From assembly GCF_018977255.1 (NCBI RefSeq), contig NW_024704743.1:41666001-41730000 (forward strand): a DNA stretch of 64,000 nucleotides, in the 5' to 3' direction. Under the pieces are notes generated by a model that searched no databases, was not told the origin of the DNA, and saw nothing but the letters and a program-made list of their open reading frames with translations. Position 1 is the first letter of the stretch, and each line of letters starts with the position of its first letter. Position numbers and translations under genes: made by a program. Shown here one piece after another: positions 25,766-39,696 of this stretch. Source of the stretch: Callorhinchus milii (lineage: Eukaryota).

Positions 25766-27499
25766 TAAAACAGATACACAGCATGATTAAGTTGTTCATA
25801 GATCACATGTTCAATATTCTGAGATAACAGGTTTGATACTTTTGCCAATCAAAAGATGAGGCTTTATAGTATGAGCTATTCAAGCTGTGCAAATCAATTA
25901 TTGTTTTAACATGTTACAAACCCTTGTTATTGAGAGATGTTTTACCTCAGCATCAATCAGGTCAGACCTCCCCAATGTTATGAAGAATGAAAGACTTCTA
26001 AATCTTTACTAACAGATAATGAACCAGTAATCTCAGGAAGTTCCCATGAATGTCATTCACACCCATTTCTGTTCAGGAAATTGCTAAACAGTTTAAACAT
26101 CTTCTGCCAGGTTTTTCTTTGAATGGCAATTGCCCTCAGCTGCTATATAGTCAGATCTCTCTCCCATTTCTCCCCAGCTCACCAGGAAGCTCAAAAGAGC
26201 TCTTGGTACCTGCTAACTACCTAGTGAAGGCTGATCCATGTGCTTGGTAGAAGTCAAATGACCAACCACTGAATATCCTGCATGGGTGGGGTTAAGGGAG
26301 TTTGGAATCAGAGGAGGCAGCAAAGGTCCTACAAAGAGAGCCTGATAGGGTATGCAGATAAACATGAGGTACTACACGTAGGAATAAGAATAGGAAGCAC
26401 AATTGCTCCATGGATAGGATGGAGCAAGTTTAGCAGGAAGCTGAAATAGATCTCGGGGTGTTAGTTGACACTGTCAAAACAGTGTGAGGCAGCAATAAAC
26501 AAGGAAATAGAATACTGGGCTACATTGCTAAATCATTTAGGTTTAGATGCAAGTTGTCATACTCAGGCTGTTCAGTGCTCTTATCAGAGCACCGATGATG
26601 CCCATTGTTAAATATAGATAAACATATGTGGAACTCTCAGTCTCTTGAATGCACTTAGGAACAGTAATAGGTTTCTGCATATATCAGGCACCCAGCAACC
26701 AAAAATAAATACAACTACAACTTGCATTTATATAGAACGCTTTACACAGGGCAGAGACTCAGAGCACTGACCCATACCTCCTTCCTTTTGTGTCTTAATT
26801 CTGATTGATCCATAAATATAACTTGCTATCCTCCCCACCAGGCTCCGTCACAATGGTTGGATCTGAAGTCACCTGAGCCACAATTGGCCATCCCATACAT
26901 ACAGCAATAATATGCTACTGATGGTTGATTAAACCTGGGATTCAGTAAACAATTACTTGAATACCATTAATTCTTGACCAGCACGTCCGGTGAACACTCA
27001 AGGCAATTTAGGGATCTATAGTGGTAGAAACAAGGGAAGGCAGTCACACTCATGAGGTATTAGATCTTTTCACTTATTGACTCCATTTGTTAATGTGAAA
27101 ATTGTCAGTGGTGATAATATGCCACACCCAATTTTTGCACAATTATTTACTTATTAATTCAATCTATTTAACTTCACACCTCAAAGAATAATTGTCTGTT
27201 GATACTTTAGCTCCCTGGCATAAAAGGCTTATTTTCATGTTAAAACAATTGAACAAGAATTATAAACTAGTAAAAATTGGTCAGGAATTATAAACTAGCT
27301 TCATCACCATAAAATAATGACACATAAAATGCTATTACACAACACGTCAATTAATACCATAGGAACCTCCATTAATAATGCTCAAACATGCCATTCATAC
27401 CATACAAACAGTCATTCAATGTAAGAATAACTAAGTCAGGATGTACCTCAGTAGAAAGATGCAGTATCTAATCTACATTAATCTACATCTAATCTACGT

Positions 27500-27827
27500 G
27501 GAGTCCTGTAGCTCAGTGGTTAGAGCACTCGCTTTGCAAGTGAGAGACCTGAGTTCAATCCCAGGCAGAGGGCGAAACCTTGGGCAAGTTTCCTTACTCC
27601 ACACAGAGCCTAATAATAATCCCTCAAAAACCAAAACAATAATAAATTGGTCATTTTCAATCTACGACTGTTTGTGGGACATTGCTGTGCGCAATTGGCT
27701 GCCGCGTTCGCCACAAATACACAGTCAATTCACTTTACAGTGTGTTCTGTGAAGCGCTTTGGGACGTCCTCCCGACGTGAAAAGCGCTATATCAAATGCA
27801 AGGATTATTATTATTATTATTATTATT
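27500..27827 (+). mobile_element. tRNA-derived SINE, short young subfamily
   Basis: CpG-rich, near-consensus copy with a long (ATT)n tail. Confidence 0.93.
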
Positions 27828-29483
27828 ACAGAGTGATTTAATGTGAAACAATTCAGATTTTCTTTATAGATTAATACTCTTGACAGATTAGGTCTTAAAG
27901 ATTTTGAAATATTTAGAGAGGACACCCACCCCCACTGCTTCACAATGCTTGGGTCTGAAAAAAGGGTGGACTCTTCACTGAACAACTTTTGTTTTTGTTT
28001 AATTTGATAACCCGCCAATAGGCACTCCAGTGGTATAATCTGCAAATCTGCAGAGAAAATTAGCTTCAAGGTAAATCGTTATGATACAGTCAGTATGAGT
28101 GTGCATGTGTATGTTGTGTGTGTAGAATCACATCCATGCACAATGTAAACAATGAGTTTAAGACAGATGGGCCCTCCACCTCACCTCCTCCCTCTGTCTT
28201 TAAAGCCCATTTTACAACTTTTCTGTTAGCTAAGTTTTTGGTCACATTTCCCTCCACCTTCCTCAGGTCTCTACCCCCTGGTTTAGGTTCTCAGTCGGCT
28301 CTGTGAGGGGCTTTGAGATGTCCTCCCAACGTGAAAGAGGCTATATCAATGTAAAATTGTTGTTGTTGATAATGACCCCAGAAGAATCTTGAAAGGAACT
28401 TGTTCCATGCAGGTTTAAGGCTGTTGCCATAGAAACAGTCACTGGTAATGCTATGCTCACATTGGATTTCATCCTCAGGTACTCCACCACAGGTCTGAGT
28501 TTATTTCCAGTTTCACTGTATCATCTATTGACTTTGCTCCTATGCCATCTCCAGATATCATGACCTTGCTATGTACTCGTTTGTGGTGACAATATCTGTC
28601 AGTTCTCAGCTCTGGCCCCCCTTCTATAGCTTGTATTGCATTAAAAGTTGGGTGCAGACATCTTTCCAGGAAAACTAATAAAGGAACGACAGAAAACAAA
28701 CACCAATCTAACTATATGCAGAGCTAAAGTATAAAACTGCCCCACAGGATCACCAGTAACACTCTGAAGTTTTAAGTAATTAACTGCATGTTAACCATTG
28801 AGAATTATCCAAGAAACCCAGTGCAATACAGTAACAAGCCAGTTGATGGGTTAATTGATTGACAGTGCTGTGCCCCAGGCACTGATTTCAAATATAAACA
28901 AAAAGATTGTTTCCATGTGTATATGAACCCAATGTCAATGCACTTCCCTCTCTGACTTCCAGACAATGATCCCCTAAATGTTGAAATCAATTGATAATGG
29001 ATTTGGATGTTTACCTTCAGATTTATAATGCAACATGGTCCAATTTGTAAGATTTATAGAAGGATTTGGTAAGAGCAAATCGTCCAAAACCTAGATGTGT
29101 CTATGGTGGATTGGGTGTTTATCCCATTTTGCTGGATGCCCGCTCAGCTTCCAATGTCTGTTCAGTGTTCTGTGAGATCAGATTACAGATAAAGTAGTTT
29201 CCTGTTGCCCAACAGGAGGATTAACAATGCTCCAGTAACATTTGATTGGACACTGTAGACACATCTGGAAACCTGAAGGTTTCACTGTTTAAAAATTCTT
29301 GGATTAATCTAGCAAATTAGATACCATGTAGCTGAATTGTTCGACTCTAAAACCTTGCACATAATGAGGTAACCAATGTTTAAGTGACTGAAGACTGAAT
29401 GGTTACATAACAGTTCTTTAGCTAACAGAATCTAGGAATACGAATCTTGTGAATTTTAACAAAGAAATCAATAATAATAATAA

Positions 29484-31260
29484 CCGAGATTCCCAACTTC
29501 CACCCCCTCCCTACCCCCACCCCACACAATTACCCATTCGACAATTACCCATCCCTCCTTCCACACCTTTGAACCTGTCACTCCCTCCTCTGTCTTCATC
29601 ACCGTAACCTCCATGAAGCCCACCACCTGCTCCCGAGACTCAATCCCCAACCCTCTCCTTAAACCCCAGCTCCACCTCCTTGCCCCACTAGTCGCCGACA
29701 TCAATAACCTCTTTCTGTCATCTGGCACTGTTACTTCCACCCTCAAAACAACCATTATCAACCTCACCTTGAAGAAACCTTCCCTTGACTCATCAGAGCT
29801 ATCCAGCTACTGGGCCATATCAAATTGCCCTTTCCTATCCAAGATCCTTGAGAGAGCTGTTGCCTCCCAGATTCACTTTTTCCTCTCCTCCCACTCCCTC
29901 CACGAATCCCTCTAATTGGGTCTCTGTGCTGCCCACAGCACGGAATCTGCTCTGGTGAAGGTCACAAATGACATTCTGACCATGTGTGACCAGGGCTCCC
30001 TCTGTCTCCTCGTCCTCTTCGACCTCTTCACCTCCTTTGACACTGTGGACCATTCAATCCTCCTCCAACGCCTCTCCTCCCGCCTCAACCTTCAAAGTTC
30101 TGTCCTTGATTGGGTCAGATCCTACCTTTCACACCGCCTCCACTTCGTCGCGGCAAACGGTTTCTCCTCCAGCCCCCGCACTGTGTCGTGCAGTGATAAC
30201 CAAGGCTCTGTCCTCAGTCCCCTCCTCTTTACCCTCTACATGCTCCCACTTGGTGATGTCATCCGCAGATATGGGGTAAATTTCCACATGCATGTGGATG
30301 ACACCCAACTCTATCACTCTGCCTCCACCCTGAACTCCAGGACTACTGGTGTCCTGACCGACTGCCTATCCGACATCAAGTCCTGGATGAGGGCCAGCTT
30401 TCTCCAACTCAACGTCAGCAAGACCGAGGCCCTCCTGATTGGCTCGTGCCAGCGCTTCCGCACCTCAGGCGTAGGCAGCATCAGCCTCCACAGCTGCACA
30501 CTCAACTTCACTAAGCCAGTCAGGAACCTGGGTGTCTTATTTGACCCTGAACTGTCCTTTCTCCCCCACATCCGCGCTATGACCAGCACTGCCTATGACC
30601 ACTTCCATAACATTGCCAGACTCCGCCACTGCCTCACCCCTCAGGCTTCCGAAACCTTCACCCACGCAGTTGTCAGAACAAGGCTCAATTGTGGGAACGC
30701 CCTTCTCATCGGCCTTCCCAACTCTTCCCTTCACTAGCTGCAGACCATGCAAAACTCTGCAGCTTGTGTACGCTCACATGCCAGGCTCCATGACCCCGTC
30801 ACTCCCACCCCACGCCCGACTCCACTGGCTCCCCATCCCATAGAGGATTGAGTTCAATATCCTAGTCCTCACTTTCAAGGCCATCCATGGCCTTGCCCCC
30901 TCCTACCTCTCTGACTTGCTGACTTCCTACCAACCTGCTCGCTCCCTCCGTTCAGCGGGCTCCGACCTGCTCCATGTCTCCTGTCCGAAACGCCCTACCA
31001 TCGGTGGACGGGCTTTTAGCCTCTCTGCCCCCACACTCCATCCCACGGTCCCTTCGCCTCGCTTCCTCCCTTGCCTCCTTCACGGCCGTTCTCAAGACCC
31101 TTCTCTTCGACCGTGCCTTTGGTCGCCCTCCCACCCCTCTGCCTTCCCTCACCCCTAGACCACCCCTCCCCCATGCTCGGGTCCCAACACCTGACTGTTC
31201 AGCGCTTTGGGATGTCCTCCTGATGTGAAAGGCACATGAATGAAATTTTGTTGTTGTTGT
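29484..31260 (+). mobile_element. L2 LINE, longest copy (~1.8 kb), 5'-truncated, inactive RT
   Basis: ORF 29916-30737 has STESALVKVTND, QGSVLSPLLFTLYMLPLG and HVDDTQLY (catalytic YADD mutated); in-frame stops at 29913 and 30735; (TTG)n tail. Confidence 0.95.
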
Positions 31261-31617
31261 AATAATCCTTGCATTTGATATAGCACATTATTATGTCTTC
31301 TAAATGTCTCAAAGCTCTTCACAGAATATATTATAAAGCAAATTGACTTGTGTTTTGTGGGCCCAAATGCGGCAGCCAATTGCACACTCTAGTGTCCCAC
31401 AAACAGTCATGGATTGAGTGATCAAATTATTAATTTTTTTGAAGGGATTATTATCCCCAGAAAAACAATCCGCCAATCAACTAACAACCGGGTTCCTATT
31501 TACTTCTGGGTAAACAGAGGCATGTGGAGTATTGAAACTTGCCCAACGTTTCTCGCTGGCCAGGAATCAAACCCAGGTCTCTCGCTTGTGAGGTGAGTGC
31601 TCTAACCATTAAGCTCC
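31261..31617 (-). mobile_element. tRNA-derived SINE, long subfamily
   Basis: Reverse copy whose (AAT)n tail abuts the L2 tail. Confidence 0.88.
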
Positions 31618-33089
31618 AAGACACCACAAGAATGCATTATATAAAAAAATTAACTGTTGATCATTCATGTCCATTTGCTGTCCTTGATAACTGGACTTTT
31701 CACATCTGAGATAAAAGCAGCACATGTTGAGACTATTCAGACCCTGGTAAATAGAGACCACAGTATCTCTATTGTCAATAATATGATAAGGTGGTGGAAA
31801 TAAAAAATGAGAAATCATTGCAAAATCTGGCTCAGCAATCTGCCAGCTGGTTGTTAATACAAAGTTTCTCTTGTACGTAACACTAAATGCCTCATCCGAA
31901 AGACAGTAGCTCCAGCAATGCATTGGAATGTTGTCTTAAATTATATGGGTTCCAGTTCCTGACGTGGAGCTTTCACCCACAACTCTCTGGCTCAGAAGCG
32001 AGAGTGCATCCAACTGAACCAGGCTGACACACAATGTAGATTTTACTTCCTCTTGTTTCTCTTGATTCTGCATTAAATGGCTCTGTATCTACTCACCATT
32101 ATCAACCAAATTGTCATGTTTTTATTGTACAGAAATAACTGGGATAAGTTTGCATAATAACAATAATAATATTTGTATTTGATATTGCATCTATCACAGC
32201 ATCAGATTGTTTCAAAGCGCTTCAAGGGATTTACTGTAGAGTGTAGTGACTATTTTTTGCAGAGGACCAGCTAACTCAGCATGGACTGCTAGATTGAAAC
32301 TGGGAACTGGTTTGTATGGCTTAGTTCCACAATGGATAGTGCCTTAAACAGCCATCTGGAGACCTTGGTTCACATTTATTTTAATAACTTGTAGCTTTGG
32401 CTTGAAGCTTCAGAGCCCTTTAAATTGAAGTATTTGTGAAACTGAGGCTTTCTTCCAGTGTTCTTGTGTCACGGAAATTAGGCAGGAATCTTTGGACACA
32501 CACACACAAGATGACAGTCCCAAGAAAGTCAAGTGTGTACCATCACTGATCCTCTAGAAATAGTCACAGATCCCCTAGAGTGTTGGAACTCAGACATTCA
32601 TCAATAGCTCTCTGGCATCTAACAATAAGGTCAGGCCAGAGGTTCAATGAAACATACTGCAATATATTTTAGCACAAAATCCTTGCAACTGAATTCAGGT
32701 AACCACAGAGGCAGTTTGTCAAGATAATATATATTTGATTTGAAATAATGAGGTTAAGATGCCTATTATCGGTTATTCTAGAATTAGAACTATAGTTCAA
32801 ATAGCAAACTTGGTTTGGGACAAATACCAAGTCCTTAGCTATAATAGTCCTTATAATTTTTGCATTTGATATAGTGCCTTATCACATCTTCAAGAAGTCT
32901 CAAAGCGCTTCACAGAATATAGTGTAAATTAATTGACTATATTATGTGGGCGAATTAGTTCTGCAGTCTTCAATCAGTATTAATTTTACAAATATATTGC
33001 AGATTAAAATAAAGAGTAACCAGAATGAGGTATAAAAAAAAACATTAAACTAGAACCTTCTCTTGAAGTCACTTAAGCAGCCATTCTTC

Positions 33090-33390
33090 ACGTGTTTAGC
33101 ATTAACAGTCAAAGTCAGCTAGGCTTTTTGACAGTGGGAGGCATAACTGCTGAGCCAGATCTGTCTTTAGCTGACGTCCTCACATACAAACTTTCCAGCA
33201 GGGTTCATTCGATAGCAATTAGTAGCTGGAACCTGACTGTTTTTTCTCTCCCTAGCGCAGGTGCAATGAAGCTAAGTGTAGTACCCCGACTGCTGTCACA
33301 GCTAAAAGCAGCAAATAGCACAGACGAATGATTGAATCCGGTCTGTACAAATCAGTTTCACGCTGGCAATGTCTTTATCAGTTGAGGGAG
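33090..33390 (-). mobile_element. Ancient SINE-like element (MER131/UCON-like, unresolved)
   Basis: Degenerate tRNA-like head at the right end; related short pieces at 32260-32360 and 62950-63090. Family assignment from memory only. Confidence 0.35.
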
Positions 33391-34689
33391 TTTGCAGAAA
33401 GATGCTTCGTCTGTGAATAATGAATGAATATAGATTCAACTTATTGTCTGAAAATTAGGTTAAGAATATCAGCTGTGTTGAATAAAATACATGAAGGGAA
33501 TAAAATTATTAATCAGCCATATCTATTTCAGAAATAATTATTGCAATATTATTGCATTTTTAACATTCTCATAGCTTTTCATAATTTCCATAGTTTTCCC
33601 TTGGTATTTGACTATGTAATTATAAGGAAAAAAATAGGAAACCATAAATTTGAACAGATAAGGTCACTGACCCATTTCTAATTGTTGAAAAGTTGAGTAA
33701 TTTAATAACAACAATCAACAACAAAAATGGAATTTATTTAGGGCACAAGGCACTGGAATAACAATAACAATGGAAATACTGGAATAAAACCTGTGGCATT
33801 TCATAATTCATTATTCCTTGTGCTAATTTACACAAGAAACATATTAAACACTGCACAGTGTATCTAATATCACATGGGTTATATACGGACGTGTCAACCT
33901 GGCTCAGTTGGTAACGCTCTCACCTTTGAGTCAGAAGGTTGTGGTTTCAAGTACCACATTGGGGCTTTGAGCTATTCAATTCATAGGGAAATCTACCTGT
34001 GCAGATGGTACCCTTAAGTGGATCTCTGGTTTGGATATTCTGAAGCATATTCATGAGTTTCCACAAGTGTCGTACACTCAGTTGACCAAAAATAAATATT
34101 GTTTTGCAAACAGAGTAACTTTATTTCTGTTAGCAGATTCCCACATGATTAACATACTGACATTTTATACCCTGGTATACAGAAAAGACAACTTAATTGA
34201 GACAAGCAAAAATGTGTGCTTATATGAGTTATGGAGCTACAATAAAATGAAAATGTTTTGGATAATCAATGGTATAACTGTATTGGCTTCAAAAGTTGCT
34301 CTCTACCGTGGAAGCCACATTTCTGACTGGAAGTAATTAACCTTTAATCAGCGCTGGCTTGGATCTATTGGGATTCAGTCTCTGGACTGAGATTTATACA
34401 TGAAAGAATTAAAGCTTCAGTATATCATATGCTGTACTTCACACTTAGTTCAATGTCATCTCACTTGCCCTTGCACATGATCACATGTGCCTGAGGTATT
34501 ATTGCCATTTGAGTCTTTCAATGGAAAAGGGAACATTTTGATTACAGTGTTATATTATTTTAAGCTTGGTTCTGTGTAGCTTGAGTTCCTGTGTAAGGAA
34601 TGAGTTCATATTGTTCTGAAATCAAATATGATCCAGACAAATTAATTTGATCAGACATAGCTAAACATGTTTGGCCTCAGAACGTCAGA

Positions 34690-35075
34690 ATCGAGCCAAG
34701 CCTCTGTGGCGGACTCGGTAGTCCACTTCCTGGGTTCACAGTACTCCAGGGCACTGTTGGTGATAGCCCAGCCAGTCTGGCTCATCGGCAGGACTTGGAA
34801 GGGCAGATTAGTCATTAGAAACAGAAACTCTTTTCACTCAACTCCCATTAACCTACAAGCCAAATCCTAAAATGTACCATGGTCCTAGCCGGACAAGCAG
34901 CAGAAAAGCTTGCCAGATAGTGCTTTCAGTGGCAAGCTATGTAGTTTCAGACTGCAGCAGTACCCCAATGCACACTATGGCATCTGCAAACCATGGCTCT
35001 TGCTGACCTGCTCCTAATACTTTCTGTGATTAAGTAAGCAGGATATGTTCCTCCAGAGAGAGTGCGCTTTCCATT
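34690..35075 (+). repeat. Unclassified repeat family X, copy 3
   Basis: TTAACCTACAAGCCAAATCCTA...GGACAAGCAGCAGAAAAGCTTGCC core. Confidence 0.65.
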
Positions 35076-35179
35076 TCAATGAAAATCCTGAATTTTCATT
35101 GATAGGTAGGATGCCAAACTACATGAACTTAACTCCAGGAGTAATTTCATTCCTTTGCTGCATTCTTGTTTCCACCAAT

Positions 35180-35452
35180 AAGTGGTTAGCGCATTCACCT
35201 CACAAGTGAGAGGACCCAGGTAAGTCGATTGGCAGATCACTTTTCCGGGATAATAATATTTTCAAAAAGAATGATAACAATAATGTTCATTCAATCCATG
35301 ACTGTTTGTGGGACACTGATGTGCGCAATTGGCTGCCGTGTTTCACCCACAAATTAGACAGTCACTCCACTTCACAATATATTCTTTGGGACGTCTCAGT
35401 GACTTGATGGGGCACTACATCAAATGCAAGGATTATTATGATTATTAATATT
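35180..35452 (+). mobile_element. tRNA-derived SINE, internally deleted
   Basis: Partial head joined to body and tail. Further partial copies at 35645-35772, 37162-37370 and 42872-43058. Confidence 0.8.
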
Positions 35453-38400
35453 ATCCTCCAGGTATAACATCTGATCCTGAATCCACTCAGTGTGTGTGAC
35501 ATCACTGCGCCTTCTGCCAAGCTGTGAAATCCTACAATATATATATAGTGTTTAGGAACAAAAAGGCAATCCTAAAATGATTTAAGGTGCTTGTAATGAA
35601 GGGAAGGCCATGGGCTCCCCAGCACTACCCTATCTCGGCACGTATGTGTGCAATTGGCTGCTGCATTTCGCCTACAAAATATACAGTCAATTTGCTTTAC
35701 AGCATATTCTGTGAAGCACTTTGAGACATCGTGAAGACTTAATAAGACCCTATATCAAGTGCAAGGATTATTAGCATTTAAAAGTCTTCTACGGAAAAAG
35801 TGTTATTTCTCTTTTGAGTTTCGCAGCCGAAAGATATTTTCGTGAAAGTTTTGAATATTACACTCATCGGTAGGCTCAATAATTGCATTAGAAAATCCAA
35901 CTGCTCATCATTGTAGATGTCTCAGTATTGATTGCTACATTTTTTCATACCAATGAACACAAATGAATGACACAAATGAATACATGAATGATTGTGTGAT
36001 ATTGTTGTGCTCAAATCGCCTGTCACATTCACTTACAGATATATGGTCACTACACTTCATAGTCTTGTGAGATTCTTTGAAACATTCTCCTGACATGATG
36101 AATGCACAATGATTATTATTAACATATTTTGTCTTGGATTTTGCTGCCATATTTGACTGTATTCACAAAAATAAGTTAAGAAGAAAACATAAGGAACCAA
36201 TTAAATTATTTTTTCTTGTGTTCTCATGCGCACTAATAGATAAGATTATAACAGTTTTGTTATGTCGCTTATGTTTCTATTGTTTCCCTTTTTTAATGAT
36301 ATTTTTAAAATCTCTTTCTTATCTGTCCTCATAGGTTTCTCTCTGACTCCTGATGTGCTCTCTCTGATGATATTCTCTCCTCTACTTATGCTTTCTCTCT
36401 TTCTCTCACTCTGCCATATTTCTCACTCTTATTTTCTTTTGCACTGTTTTCTGATTGAGATTTCCTTCTCTCATTTCAATTCATCTCTGTCTATGTATGG
36501 TGAAGTGGCCATATTCTGCACTGTTGCCCTTAAGTTATTCAGGAATTGCCTGAGGCTCCTTCCATGTCTTTTAAAACACCTCACTGCTCCTTCTATGTTT
36601 CATAGTATGTTATGCAAAGCATGCGTTTGTTAACACCATGCTATCATTTCAGCAATGCTCCTTGACACTTTTCAGAAAATCATTTTAAAAGATACTGTAT
36701 AGGTGAACACTGTCAAATCTTTCACAAAATCCAATTAATCTAGAACTGCGCTGCCCTCATACTCTCCCGCACTAAACTCTGTAGCCCCTGAAATGATCGA
36801 TTTGAAGACCCTTCACTTTTTGAATCTATCATTGGATTTTGATATCCACCAGGACAGCAGACAGGTCCTCATTTTAATGTCTCATCAGAAGGATAGCATC
36901 TCCAGCACAATGCAGCATATCCTCAGCCTAGACTATAATTATTGTTAAATGCTATAGCTGTTTCTTGGGCAAACAGGCAGTTATTTGGATAAGCATTCTG
37001 GTGAGTTTTACATTCAGTGCCTTGGGTGATGCGTGATAATATAGCGAGATTCCATTAGTAGGTGGATCATCAATGGCCATGCATCTAATGTTCATCTGAC
37101 TTTTCCCCAATTATGTATATATACAACAATATCCCTAGACAGCCATGCTATGAATGAATGATGGAGTCCTGCATCTCAGTGGATAAATCTCTCGCTTTTA
37201 TAAATTGGTCACTTCAATCCATGATTGTTTGTGGGACACTGCTGACTGCAATTGGCTCCCGCGTTTCACCCACAATTCAATTCACTTAACAGCATATTCT
37301 GTGAAGCATTTTGAGACGTCTCGAAGATGTGATACGGCACTGTATCAAGTGCAAAGATTATTATTATTAATTGATTATGATAGTTGGTCGGGTGCAAGAA
37401 ACTCCCTCCTCTTTTCAAATAGTGCCATACAGTCTTTAACTTCCTGAACAGACAGACAGGACAACGCCACCTCTGACAATGCAGAACAACCCCAGCATTA
37501 CACTGGAATACCAGTTTAGACTATATGAATTCCAAATCCCATAACCTTTTGACTCCTAAACAAGAATCCTACTAACTGAGCCAAGCTGACACACATTAAT
37601 AAAAAGAGAGGTGCATTGAATAATTGTATAAAAGGCAAGAAATGCAGAGGATTCCCAATTTTCACAGTTTCTCGACGATGCAATGAAGTATACTAATGTA
37701 AAACAAATAAAAATGTACTTAATTAAGATAACTAATAAACTACAGCTTTAAGTTATGATTTGAATGTTAAACTGTTATTTCATCAGTTTTATTTATCAGC
37801 AAAACAAAAGTTGTGTGATGATTGGAAGCTAATTAAGATGTTTAGCCTGAATGTGTGATGGTTCTTTTCAGCTTCTATGAACATGAAAGGGCCAACTTGT
37901 GTTTGTGGGACAACAGATTTTGCATTCAGTCCCTTACAGGAATTGTCTTTTGGGAAATATAGAAGTGCAGTACATTCTGGAAGCACGGGAGGGAGATTGC
38001 AAATTCAGGATTAAATGCATGTGACCGAGATATAGAATGTCAATGCAAAATGTGAGTGAAAGAAAAATGGTCAAAGAAAAAGCAATTTAGATAGGCATTG
38101 AGGTTTATTCAAATAATAATAATCCCTCTACCACCTACCCCAAGTTATTTTAAAAAATGTGCATCAACCATATTTTTAGCTTGGACTGTTGCCATAATAC
38201 CTTTTCCATTTCTCAGTGTGAATTTCATTAATTCCTAAATACACAAAGAGCACATGCAATTAACCTTTTTCATTGCTCTTTATAAAAGTAAAGAAAACAT
38301 TGAAATGCCAAAGCTTTTATCAATGCTTTATTGGGATCTAAAGTCATCTAGAATGCAGTATTTGCAAAACAGAAGTTACGCAACTAATTGTGATTTCCTT

Positions 38401-39029
38401 TTGTGACTGAAATTGTATGATTAGCAAACAAATTGCCAAATTATTGCGACCCTATATCCTGGGAGAGACCAATTTGCAACCAGTGACTCATGTTTATTTG
38501 GGCCTTTTTGTAATCTGTGAATTGCCCTGAAAGCAAAGTGTTGGCCAGAATTCTAACTTCCAGTTTTGATCGCAGTCACCTTGTTTCAGGCCTTTTAGCA
38601 GTTGGATGACAATCCAATACAATTTACATTGATCAAGCACCTTTCGCTTCAGAAGTCCATCTTAAAGTGCTATGCAATGCCGGCTGGACACCCGAGCTAC
38701 GGATGGGAGTTCAGGGGGAATAATAGGTTTTGAATAAGGGAAGGGAGAGAGCGAGGTTGATGGAGTTCCAGAGAGCGGGGCAGAATGACTGAAAGTTCGC
38801 TTGTCAATGGTAGGGCAGATAGGGGGGGACATAAAGCAGGCCAACTGTGTGTTCACTGAGTGAAGGTCAGCTGAGTGAACAACAGGGTTGACAAGGAAAA
38901 TATTAGCTGCAATTGCGACTGCTGTTTTGTGAATCGCAGTGTTTGCAACTCAATAGCAGAGCTGTGTAGTGATTCATCCTCAAAAAACTCAAAGAGTTCT
39001 TCTTATAAAACAACTAAGTTTGTCAAAGC

Positions 39030-39460
39030 AGTGACAGTGAGGCCAGACATGGAGTATTGTAATGAGTTTTGGACACTGCATTACAGGAAGAATGTAAGAG
39101 CAATAGAAAAGGCACAGAATAGATTCAATCAGCTACAATAACAACATCAAGCATTTATATGGCACCCTTCGTGGAGGGTAGTGTCTTGGAGAACTTAAGC
39201 TGCGAGCAGGGATGAGAGATTTCAGAAATGAAATGAGATTTTAATTGTTTTATTCTCTACTACAAACCATAGTTGAAACAGTTTAGATTATTTTTAGATT
39301 AATATTTTTAAACAAAATTGGATAGATGTTTGAAGAGGAGGACATACATTAAATGAAAGTAAGCAGGGGAGTGGAAATTAGACCAGGCAACACATGTGGA
39401 GCAAAGCACCAGCACAGACTTGATGGACTGAATGGTCTGTTTCTTTGCTTAACATATTAT
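39030..39460 (+). mobile_element. CR1 LINE 3' fragment
   Basis: VRPDMEYCNEFWTLHYRKNVRAIEKAQNRF matches CR1 VRPHLEYCVQFWSPHYRKD..ALE.VQRRF. Confidence 0.8.
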
Positions 39461-39646
39461 AGTTCTATCAATCTACAAAGGAATTCAAATTTCTCTCTAT
39501 CCTAGTAATGGAAACTGAGATGATTCCCACAAATGAAAATCCTACTACAAATATACTGCAACATCATGTCCCAAAAAGTGCCAATATGTTAACATAGGTT
39601 ATTAGCATTTATACAAATATGTTTTAAATATATAATAAAACTTGTA

Positions 39647-39647
39647 G

Positions 39648-39690
<43 letters not shown>
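39647..39690. repeat. (TA)n microsatellite
   Basis: Direct observation. Confidence 0.95.

Positions 39691-39696
<6 letters not shown>

Noticed and set aside
27500..27575. tRNA-Ala(TGC)-like gene
   Set aside because: It runs directly into SINE body and tail, lacks a closing acceptor stem, and recurs in more than ten copies.
29916..30737. 273-aa ORF as a functional reverse transcriptase gene
   Set aside because: Part of a 5'-truncated L2 with the catalytic motif changed to HVDD and stops on both sides.
36262..36633. 123-aa hydrophobic ORF
   Set aside because: Arises from a CT-rich low-complexity tract with no recognisable domain.
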